Shown here piece after piece: positions 40,972 to 49,700 of a stretch of DNA of 64,000 nucleotides (the first letter of the stretch is position 1; each line of letters starts with the position of its first letter). The position numbers and the translations under genes were made by a program. Source of the stretch: an uncultured Hormoscilla sp. (GTDB lineage: Bacteria > Cyanobacteriota > Cyanobacteriia > Cyanobacteriales > Desertifilaceae); contig OZ001293.3 of the NCBI GenBank assembly GCA_963921275.4, positions 3,968,001 to 4,032,000 of the forward strand, written 5' to 3'. The notes under the pieces were generated by a model that worked only from the letters and a program-made list of their open reading frames with translations, was not told where the DNA came from and searched no databases.

Positions 40972-43182
40972 ATGGATAGAGCCGCACGCATTGCTAGCAT
41001 AATTGATACGCGCCGCCCCCTGGCTCAGAAAATTGAAGCCGTGGAAGGGAATCTTAACGAGCTGGCCTCATTACTTCGCCAGCTCGAAGATCAGCAAAAT
41101 CGGCTGAGGGCACAGTTGGATGAGGAAAATGCCGCTGAACGCCTCAAGGAAATCGATTTTTCCACTATTGGGCTGAGTATTGTCACTGAGTTGTCAGCCC
41201 TCAGTAAGTTCTGCGCTCGCTTCTCCCGTCAAAATCTTAATCTGGGAGTAGTGGGGATAGCTCGCCAAGGAAAGAGTCGCCTGCTGCGGAGCTTAACCGG
41301 ACTCTCAGCAGGGGAGATTCCTGATGGTGACAAAGGACATTGCACTGGGGTTCGCAGTACAATCTACCAGATGCCCAGCAGTGGTACCTTCGGTATGGTC
41401 GGGTTCTATACAGAGCAATCATTTCTGGATGAGATGATCGCCCCGTATTATGAGAAGCTGAGTTTGGGGGAAAAGCCTCGGACCGTCGAACATTTCGCTC
41501 AACAGCTTCCTCCCCTGCCCAGCAACCTTGCCAGCAACCCTACTTACCAAGCGATGTATGACTACCTGGGCAAGTATCACCAGAATCTGCCCAAGTATCG
41601 CCACCTGCTGGGGGCGACATCGCCCATGAGGATTTCACAAAATCAAATTCGAGAATATGTTGCTCAGGATAACCTGACAGGCGATCGGATCTATTTCAAC
41701 TATCTGGCAGTCCAAAAAGTCAGCATATTTTGCACCTTCCCCAACTCAGATGTCGGCAAGATTGCCTTGGTGGATATGCCGGGTTTGGGGGATACAGGGG
41801 TGGGTGCAGAAGAAAGGCTGATAGAACTTCTGGGGCAAGATGTGGATGTTGTTCTGTTTGTCCGGATGCCGAAGCCCGCTGGAGATGACTGGTTGAAATA
41901 CGATATCGACCTGTACGGAACCGCTAAGAATGCTCTGAAAGACCGTCTGACAATAGACAAGTGGTCTTTCATGATTCTCAATCGCATAGATCCTAGCTCG
42001 GGTAAGGGAGACAATTATCAACAATGCCAATTCTTGGAGGGTAGACTGGCTCAAACACCTATTAAAGTTGTTGAACCTGTAATCATTGCTAACTGCGCCG
42101 ACCCGCAAGAGGCAAACGCAAAGATTCTCGATCGGGTGCTCGACTACCTGGCGACTAACATTGAGGCTTTGGACAAGGAATACGCATCGTCCTGCAAGCA
42201 GGAACTACTGCAACTTCACAATCAGATTACTGTAGAGTTAGACAAAGCGGGTAATGCCTGGAGTCAAATGAGGGCAACTGCCAGTGGTTCGGTAGCAGAA
42301 TTTCGTAGGCTATTCAATCCCTTTTGGGAAGAGATCGCCCTAGAGTTGCTCAACCTGCTTAATGCTTTAAGGAAGGAGAGTGACACCAAAATAGATACGA
42401 TTGTTGCAGAAAAGGTCAATTCTGCGATCCAAGATTGTAAAGACGATCCAGGAATTCCGTCGATTGAAGAGATTGAAAATATGAGGCGGAAGAATAAGGG
42501 ACAAGCAGCTTATGAAAACGTCTTCAACATATACTTGAATCAGATGCGCACCCACCTGTCAAAGAAATTTGCATCAATAGATAGTGGGCTAAAGCAATTG
42601 ATAGAGCAAACAAAATCTCGGGTTACAGAGGTACTGGTTGAAAATGGGCGTCTGGGAGAAATAACAGAAAAACGCGGGTCTGAGTTTATCAACTTCATGG
42701 CAGAGAAAGTGCCGGATGACCAACAGAGATTAAAAAGTGGGTTTCAAATATTATCGAAATTTGACCTTTCATATAGTGTTCTGATTCAGCACCGGATTCG
42801 GCGAGAACTTGATGAGATCACGCCTGACAAAAAAACCCTTAAGCTTGAAAAGGATCCCACGGCAGAGGAAGTCCTAGAGAAGCTTAAGATACTGCATGCA
42901 GAAGTTGTTTATAAATGCGAGCAAGTATTGCAAGGGTTACTCTGGGAGCCGAGTCTAGCTGCCTTTGCCATGGTGGAAGAGTTTGTAGATCAGGTACTTC
43001 TTTCGGAAGATGTAAATGAAGAATGGCAAGACTTTCTAGAGCAGGAGAAAGAAAAGGTATGGCCTGAAAAATACAATCCACATAACGAGCGCAATCAGCT
43101 CCGAACCGAGTGGCTAAACTTAGTGGAAAGAGCCAAGAGTGCTAAGCAAAAATTATTAGAATCAATTCAATTTATGAACTAA
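40972..43182 (+). CDS. Dynamin-like large GTPase
   Basis: G1 GIARQGKS, G2 CTG, G3 DMPG, G4 NRID; N-terminal coiled coil and long helical C-terminal stalk. Confidence 0.75.
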   Translation: MDRAARIASIIDTRRPLAQKIEAVEGNLNELASLLRQLEDQQNRLRAQLDEENAAERLKEIDFSTIGLSIVTELSALSKFCARFSRQNLNLGVVGIARQGKSRLLRSLTGLSAGEIPDGDKGHCTGVRSTIYQMPSSGTFGMVGFYTEQSFLDEMIAPYYEKLSLGEKPRTVEHFAQQLPPLPSNLASNPTYQAMYDYLGKYHQNLPKYRHLLGATSPMRISQNQIREYVAQDNLTGDRIYFNYLAVQKVSIFCTFPNSDVGKIALVDMPGLGDTGVGAEERLIELLGQDVDVVLFVRMPKPAGDDWLKYDIDLYGTAKNALKDRLTIDKWSFMILNRIDPSSGKGDNYQQCQFLEGRLAQTPIKVVEPVIIANCADPQEANAKILDRVLDYLATNIEALDKEYASSCKQELLQLHNQITVELDKAGNAWSQMRATASGSVAEFRRLFNPFWEEIALELLNLLNALRKESDTKIDTIVAEKVNSAIQDCKDDPGIPSIEEIENMRRKNKGQAAYENVFNIYLNQMRTHLSKKFASIDSGLKQLIEQTKSRVTEVLVENGRLGEITEKRGSEFINFMAEKVPDDQQRLKSGFQILSKFDLSYSVLIQHRIRRELDEITPDKKTLKLEKDPTAEEVLEKLKILHAEVVYKCEQVLQGLLWEPSLAAFAMVEEFVDQVLLSEDVNEEWQDFLEQEKEKVWPEKYNPHNERNQLRTEWLNLVERAKSAKQKLLESIQFMN

Positions 43183-43196
43183 CCAAAGCTGAGGAG

Positions 43197-44186
43197 TTGT
43201 TGATGCCAGAACCAGAACTAAAAATAACCATGCTTGGCCCAAGCGGTGTCGGCAAGACCAGTCTCTTGACAGTTATGTACGATCGGTTTGAGACCACCAT
43301 TGATGAGACCAACCTTAGCCTCGATCCCGATATGGAAACTTTAGGCATCCTTCAAAACTGCCTTGGAGACCTGAAAAGCCTTGTCAGGCAGGGGAATTTT
43401 CAGGCAACAGGAGGTATTCGCGGTACAGAAGAACCAAGAACATTCAAATTTGGTATTGGTAAGCCCGGTCACGATCCAGCTTTTCAACTTTGCTTTCAAG
43501 ATTACCCAGGGGGATGGATCGAGTCTAATCCTCAGAAAAAAGAGTCTGTTCTAGCTTTTATCAAGGAATCTGATGCAGTCGTAATTACGATCGATGCTCC
43601 GGGCCTGATGGAGCCTTATCAACCTTACGAACAAGATAAGTGGAAAAGTAGATGGCATGAGAAAATTAATAAACCCTTAACAATCACAACCTTGTTGAAG
43701 AATGCCTACAGAGGACTAGAGCAGCCCAAGCTAGTGATATTCGCTCTAGTGAGGTGTGAAAAATACATCATGGAAGGAAATTCAGCCGCACTATTGAATC
43801 GCGTCCAGCAGGGATATAAGACATTATTAGTGTTTTTGGGAGCTGAAGCTCTGCGTCAGAATGTAGCTGTAGTAGTTACGCCCGTTCAAACTGTGGGGAG
43901 TGTGATTTTCTCTCGTGTGGAGGTTAGGGATGGTCAGCCTTTTTTCTGGTTTCGCCAAACCGCAAATCCTCAATACAATCCCATCGATAGCGAACAGCCA
44001 CTTCGATACATTTTACGATTTGTGTTAAAAAAATACACGGAGCGCAAGGGATTCTGGGCGTGGCTAGGAAGACTGTTTCGTAAAGATACGCCATTTAAAC
44101 AGGCGGTTGCTGAGATGGCAAAGGGTTGCAAAAATGGTGACGGGTTTGTAGTTCTACAGGGTCAAAACTTACTAAACATTAGATAG
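43197..44186 (+). CDS. Small TRAFAC-class P-loop GTPase
   Basis: G1 GPSGVGKT, G2 GT, G3 DYPG, degenerate G4 (RCE); amphipathic C-terminal GFWAWLGRLF. Confidence 0.78.
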   Translation: MLMPEPELKITMLGPSGVGKTSLLTVMYDRFETTIDETNLSLDPDMETLGILQNCLGDLKSLVRQGNFQATGGIRGTEEPRTFKFGIGKPGHDPAFQLCFQDYPGGWIESNPQKKESVLAFIKESDAVVITIDAPGLMEPYQPYEQDKWKSRWHEKINKPLTITTLLKNAYRGLEQPKLVIFALVRCEKYIMEGNSAALLNRVQQGYKTLLVFLGAEALRQNVAVVVTPVQTVGSVIFSRVEVRDGQPFFWFRQTANPQYNPIDSEQPLRYILRFVLKKYTERKGFWAWLGRLFRKDTPFKQAVAEMAKGCKNGDGFVVLQGQNLLNIR

Positions 44187-44199
44187 CAAGGAGTTAACT

Positions 44200-44946
44200 A
44201 TGAAGATTTACGTTCGCAGTCGCGGGGAATCTCAGGACTACTGCTGGTTGAGCATTACTGAGGAAGGTCAACAACGGGAAGAACATCCCCTAATTGGTCA
44301 AGTGAAGGATTTAATCCAGAGTGAAGCTCATTCAGTGGTTCTAGCAAGGTTTATGGGTAAATTACTGTTGCTGGTTACTGGTGAAGAAAGTTCGCGCACC
44401 GATTCTCGCACTCGTCAGATCCGTAATTCGGTAGCATGGGTGGGAGAAAACTCTGATGAGTCTGTGCTGCGGATGCTGGCAGTACGTGCGTTACGAGGGG
44501 ACTTGAGAGCAGAACTTGACCGCGCCGTGACCTTTGGCGGTGAGGAGGGGTTTCAGGTTTCTTTGCCAGATATTGAGCAATTAGCTTTGACGGACAAACT
44601 AGCAAACTCGCGTCCAGACAGGACGAAGAAGATCGGACGTACTTCACAAGAGTTGAGAGACGAACTAGCGGAGGAACTGGAGAAATACAGGTTGCCGTCA
44701 TCAGAGGGACCGCTGGTGGTTGTCACGGGAATTAAGAAGGCAGAAGTTCTGGAAAATGCTGGAGTTTGGCGAGGTCTATCCAGTTTAGTGGAGGCAGAGG
44801 ATTGGGAAACAATACCGGAGACTGAGACTGAGGCTTTGTCTGGCTACTTGAAGAATCCTCAAAAACTCATCCTATACTTGTTGATGGCTAGTGGCCTGTA
44901 TTTTATATTGTCTGAACTACTGTCTTTTATGCAGAAGCTACAATAA
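44200..44946 (+). CDS. GTPase-associated hypothetical protein with C-terminal TM, paralogue 1
   Basis: Strong RBS AAGGAG; about 205-aa globular domain shared with 45103-46443; C-terminal hydrophobic helix. Confidence 0.75.
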   Translation: MKIYVRSRGESQDYCWLSITEEGQQREEHPLIGQVKDLIQSEAHSVVLARFMGKLLLLVTGEESSRTDSRTRQIRNSVAWVGENSDESVLRMLAVRALRGDLRAELDRAVTFGGEEGFQVSLPDIEQLALTDKLANSRPDRTKKIGRTSQELRDELAEELEKYRLPSSEGPLVVVTGIKKAEVLENAGVWRGLSSLVEAEDWETIPETETEALSGYLKNPQKLILYLLMASGLYFILSELLSFMQKLQ

Positions 44947-45102
44947 CGCCAATGGTCTATAGAATAACCGCTTCTAGAGCTAAAACAATCATAGACGATC
45001 GCCCAAAAGCGGTTGGTGAGTTTGTTTTCTGGGAACATTATGACTTCTAGCAAGTTCAAAAAGTATATCAATCCTTAATGATTAGATAGGAAGGAGTTAA
45101 CT

Positions 45103-46443
45103 ATGAAGATTTACGTTCGCAGTCGCGGAGAATCTCAGGACTACTGCTGGTTGAGCATCACTGAGGGCGGTCAACAACGGGAAGAGCATCCTATGATCGG
45201 TCAAGTGAGGGATTTAATCCAGAGTGAAGTTCCCTCAGTGGTTCTGGCAAGGTTTAATGGTCAATTGCTGTTGCTGGTTACTGGTGAAGAAAGTTCGCGC
45301 ACGGATTTTCGCACCCGTCAGATCCGTAATTCGGTAGCATGGGTGGGTCAAGAATCTGACGAGTCTGTGCTGCGCGCGATCGCGGTGCGTGCCTTAAAGG
45401 GTTCGTTGAGAGAAGAAATTGACCGGGCTGTGAGGTTTGGCGGTTCCGAAGGGTTTCAGGTTTCTTATAAGGATATTAAGCGATTGGCTGAAACAGGTCA
45501 CGCGGGAAATGCAATTCCCGATACAACTCCAAAAATAGCACTGATTTCGCCAACGATGAAAAATCTGTTAGCTGATGAACTCGCTGAATATCGCTTGCCT
45601 CCACATCCAGAAGAAGGATCCCTAGTGGTTGTCACGGGAATTAAGAATAGAGAAACTCTTGAAGCTGCTGGAGTCTGGCGGAGTCTATCAAGTGACGAGA
45701 GGCTTCCAGAGGACTGGGAAGTGATACGCCATTCCAGGTTTCTGAAGTTAAGCAGTTTAATGGATATTGCCAAGCAGGAGAGCTTCAAAAAAATATGTAT
45801 TGGTATTGGTGTATTGGTTTTGATTGTGGGATGGCAATTTGATAACATCAATTCACTATTTTACAAATTTTTATCCAATTCAAATGTTCCCGATACTCCA
45901 ACTCCTGCGCCGACTCCAACTCCTGCGCCGACTCCAACTCCTGCGCCGACTCCAACTCCTGCGCCGACTCCAATCCCTACACTTGATGATATTGGAACGG
46001 TAGATGGCAAAAATAATGATGGCGATATAGCTAAAATAACAATTAGCGAAGATTCAGGAAAAATAAAAGTAATTTTTGAATTAGGGAAAAATACTTCGGC
46101 TTTTGATGAGAATGATTATAAAAATACACGAGACAATCTGATAAATGCGACAGAAGCAGCTAGCAAAAAAGTGGCCGAAGAAATCAGGAAGAGAAATAAT
46201 AAAATTAAACTTCCTATTCAAGGACGTTCCGATCGGAAAGAAGTCCCCGGATTTAAAGCAAATAAATGTGGCGATCTAGTCGAAATAAACTTAGACTTAG
46301 AACCTAAAGTGTTTTTTAATATCGCGCCTCCAAGTGACGCCTGTCCCAGTAGTCAGCCAGAAGATATTAAAGAAAGTTTTGAGAATGCCACGGCGAATGC
46401 CATCAAAGATATTGTGAATCAAATAAAGAAGCAAAAACAATAG
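45103..46443 (+). CDS. GTPase-associated hypothetical protein, paralogue 2: shared N-domain, TM, (PTPAPT)n linker, AT-rich C-terminal domain
   Basis: Same RBS/start context and near-identical N-terminus as 44200; 18-bp repeats at about 45895-45975. Confidence 0.75.
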   Translation: MKIYVRSRGESQDYCWLSITEGGQQREEHPMIGQVRDLIQSEVPSVVLARFNGQLLLLVTGEESSRTDFRTRQIRNSVAWVGQESDESVLRAIAVRALKGSLREEIDRAVRFGGSEGFQVSYKDIKRLAETGHAGNAIPDTTPKIALISPTMKNLLADELAEYRLPPHPEEGSLVVVTGIKNRETLEAAGVWRSLSSDERLPEDWEVIRHSRFLKLSSLMDIAKQESFKKICIGIGVLVLIVGWQFDNINSLFYKFLSNSNVPDTPTPAPTPTPAPTPTPAPTPTPAPTPIPTLDDIGTVDGKNNDGDIAKITISEDSGKIKVIFELGKNTSAFDENDYKNTRDNLINATEAASKKVAEEIRKRNNKIKLPIQGRSDRKEVPGFKANKCGDLVEINLDLEPKVFFNIAPPSDACPSSQPEDIKESFENATANAIKDIVNQIKKQKQ

Positions 46444-46809
46444 TAATTGCCAGTAGCGGGTGTGGTCACGGGCTGAAATAAGGCTAAACGAATTGCGATC
46501 GCAGTATGGAATACTTTTACTAAAATCATCGAGCCTTGGCGTTGTGAGGTGTCGGGAGAACCGGTGACGGAGTTCTATTTAGGGGATAAGGATGCTAAAA
46601 TTATTTCACCTAATTGCTGGGATAATAAGTAAGACTATTTGTCAAAAAGCCCGCGTTCACAACTCCTTCACTTCGCTGTCAGCCCGCCGGGGGTTCAAAC
46701 CCCCGGCTAATAGCTAAAGTCGGTTAAAACCGACTAAAAACATTGTCTGTTAAGCTTTCAGTCTATGTTTTGTAAACTTTTTATTAGCCTATGGTCTGCG
46801 ATCGTTCTC

Positions 46810-47090
46810 AGCCAGAGACTGCCCACGAGAAAAAAGGCAGTTTACCTAGTTCCCAGGGTCTCCCTGGGAACGATCCTAGAGGCTGAGCCTCGGGTGCCAG
46901 AAGCTGGAGGCAGAGCCTCCCAAGGTTCGTTCCCAGCCAGAGACTGCCCACGAGAAAAACAATAAAAAAGGCAGTTTACCTAGTTCCCAGGGTCTCCCAA
47001 CGCTCCTAGAGGCTGAGCCTCGGGTGCCAGAAGCTGGAGGCAGAGCCTCCCAAGGTTCGTTCCCAGCCAGAGACTGCCCACGAGAAAAAA
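46810..47090. repeat. Tandem duplication of a ~130-bp REP-like element
   Basis: GTTCCCAGGGTCTCC...GAGGCTGAGCCTC...GAGGCAGAGCCTC...GTTCCCAGCCAGAGACTGCCCACGAG occurs twice; relative at 53025-53145. Confidence 0.85.
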
Positions 47091-47119
47091 GTTTTTATTG
47101 AAGAGAAAGTAGTAGAATT

Positions 47120-47443
47120 ATGAGAAAAGTAGAAATCACCGAAGCTGAGGCTCCTTGGGCAGAGTATGTACAAGATAGAGAGCCGATTGTTTTAATCCGT
47201 GATGGTCAGCCGGTTGCGGCATTGGTTCCCATCGAAGGCATCGATTTGGAGACGCTTATGGTGAGGCGGTTAAAGCCGTTGGGGTTAAAATTTCGAGCCT
47301 ATTCCGCTGCACAATTGTACTGTCCCTCTTCCACTGCACCATCGTACTGTCCCTCAGGAAGCTACGCTCCCATGAATCGTAATCCCGATCAAAGCAGGCG
47401 CAGGATAGAGATTCGCTTCGTTCCCCCCGCCTCAGAAAAATAG
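47120..47443 (+). pseudogene. Chimera of a Phd/YefM-like antitoxin N-terminus and the C-terminal end of a second ZorB/MotB-like gene
   Basis: EPIVLIRDGQPVAALVPI followed by GLKFRAYSAAQLY...NRNPDQSRRRIEIRF, nearly identical to the end of 40009-40836. Confidence 0.72.
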
Positions 47444-47787
47444 GAGCATCTGTGAATTAAGAAACCCGGTTTTTTGGAAAAACCGGGTTTCTGGGATACT
47501 GGCGAATATAGCAGTTCTCAGATTAGTGTGATATGCTGTCGGAGATTGCTTCGGGGGGGGGGATAAATCATAAAGCATAAGCTGCTCGCCTTACTCCCCC
47601 CCTCGCAATGACAAGTTGGTGATTGTTCTGTACCACATCAATTTGAGAAACTCTATATGTCCGCAGCCAAAATATGGTATTAGTCGGTTGAAAACCGACT
47701 TTAGCCTCGTTCCCTGGCTCCCGCCAACGCGGGGGTTTGAATCCCCGGCGGGCCATGAAACTAATTTTAATATCGGAGGTTTAGATC

Positions 47788-49434
47788 GTGTCTGACTGGT
47801 GGAAGCTGTTCCCGCCCTACCTGCTAGTTTTGACTGTACTGTTGGTAATCCTACTCACTATAGCTGCTATCTGCCTGCGCATCTCCCTTTACAGTCATCT
47901 GATCTTCCTAGAGTCTCGGGTACTGAGACTGATAAATGACTCCAGTCGGGGGATGCAACCGCAAATTGTGGAAAACCTAGAGCAAAGATTTCGGCAAGCT
48001 AGTAGTAACCTCGAACAGGTGAATACATTGGCTCTGATTTCGGGGATATATAGCAAAGAAAAATTTAAGTTTTTGGGCTTTTCCTGGCCCTGCGTGCAGT
48101 GGAATGAATTTTGCCGCTACTTGCCGAATTTGTTGGTCGCCTTGGGACTGCTAGGCACATTTTTGGGCATCACTTTCAACCTTTTTAATCTGAGTCTGAC
48201 CATTACTCAACTTCAGAGAAATAATGTCACGGACGTGGCTGTATTATTCCAGAAATTACAGTCTTCTCTCCAAGGCATGGGCATTGCTTTTATTACCAGT
48301 TTACTGGCCGTAGCTTGCAGTGCCTTGTTGACAGTGGTAAACTTGCGCTGGAATACCCGTTTAGCCAAGTCTCAACTGATTCTCTCTTTAGAAAATTATC
48401 TGGACAACGTGTTACAACCAACCATTGAGGGTCACGGCAGACTGGATAAAGCTGTTAACCGCATAGTAGAGCAGCAGCATGAGTTTTTGACTAGATTTCA
48501 CGATAATGTTACGGCAGCAATGGAGAGATCCTTGGGCAAGGTGGCAGAACAAATTGCTGCTGGTAATAGAGAAGCTACTGAACTGGCTACTCGAGTATAC
48601 GATCGCTTTAGCAGAGCTGCTGGTACGATCGCTAATGCTGCGGATGAGTTCGATCGGGCGGTGGCGGCCATGGAGGCCACTACAGGGGAATTTGCCCGGG
48701 TGGCTCAAATCTTCGAGCAGAGTCAGTTTGCTCAGAAGTTATCAACTGCGACAATGGGTTTGGCCAAAACCCAAGCAAAGTTCGATCGCTCTACTGTAAG
48801 TTTAGCAGAAACAGTGAAATCCATTGAAAGGACGGGGAAGATAATAGGGAGTGCGAGTCAGCAGTTAGTGAAATTGCTCGGAGAAATTAGCAGTGCCAAT
48901 CAAACTACCGTGCAAGTCTTAGAGTTGCATCAGCAGAATCAGCAGTCTCTAAGTAATATTATTCCTGAATTGCAGCAAACTGTGGAGCGTTTTCAGTCAG
49001 GAATTACAATTATTAACAAAATGCAGTCCCAAATTGTGAATAAAGCTGATAGTATGGAAGGGGTGAAGGTAGAGCTTTTAAACTTGGTGACGACGATGAA
49101 TCGCTATACAGACCAGATCAATCTGGCAATTCAGTATTTGGGTCAGCGCCTGACTAATAATGTCGCGGCAGGTACCAGCAACCAGCAACTGCAAGCCGTG
49201 ACCGCCCAGGTAGATCGGGGGATTCATTATTTGGGCGATCGCCTATTAGCCATGGGGAAGGAAACCAATAGCAGCAACCAGCAATTATTGAAACAGTTGG
49301 AGGCATGTGTCCGGCATCTGGTGGAGGCGAAACAGGAAATATACTGGCTGCGGGAAACCCTAGAACAGCCGGTTAACTTTAAGGATGACGCGAATTTTAT
49401 CAACAAGCTGAGAGCCCAATTGGACAGAAAGTAA
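47788..49434 (+). CDS. Second MotA/ExbB-type channel protein with long coiled-coil tail (ZorA-like paralogue)
   Basis: LPNLLVALGLLGTFLGI, LQGMGIAFITSL, LENYLDN...RLDK; colinear with 38488-39972. Confidence 0.8.
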   Translation: MSDWWKLFPPYLLVLTVLLVILLTIAAICLRISLYSHLIFLESRVLRLINDSSRGMQPQIVENLEQRFRQASSNLEQVNTLALISGIYSKEKFKFLGFSWPCVQWNEFCRYLPNLLVALGLLGTFLGITFNLFNLSLTITQLQRNNVTDVAVLFQKLQSSLQGMGIAFITSLLAVACSALLTVVNLRWNTRLAKSQLILSLENYLDNVLQPTIEGHGRLDKAVNRIVEQQHEFLTRFHDNVTAAMERSLGKVAEQIAAGNREATELATRVYDRFSRAAGTIANAADEFDRAVAAMEATTGEFARVAQIFEQSQFAQKLSTATMGLAKTQAKFDRSTVSLAETVKSIERTGKIIGSASQQLVKLLGEISSANQTTVQVLELHQQNQQSLSNIIPELQQTVERFQSGITIINKMQSQIVNKADSMEGVKVELLNLVTTMNRYTDQINLAIQYLGQRLTNNVAAGTSNQQLQAVTAQVDRGIHYLGDRLLAMGKETNSSNQQLLKQLEACVRHLVEAKQEIYWLRETLEQPVNFKDDANFINKLRAQLDRK

Positions 49435-49700
49435 ACAATAATTTTCGGGTATAATGGTACTGAATTAAGTAAAAAAAACTCTAATTTGTCATTGCGAGGG
49501 GGGCTCAGAGGGTTTAACTTGTGTTATATATGAGTTAACCTCGGCGATCGCCACAAGGTCGGTTTGGACTTCCCCCACGCTGCGCGAAAAATCGCAATGA
49601 CAGCTTAAGTCAGTGCCATTCATTGTAAAATAGAATGAACGAGCCCCTTGACAATTGCTAGATCTTCTGGCAGAGTAAGAGCAGGCGATGGGATGGAGCA

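Noticed and set aside
46490..46632. Short frame AVWNTFTKIIEPWRCEVSGEPVTEFYL as an additional system component
   Set aside because: It has no start codon or RBS and looks like a gene-end remnant; too short to assign
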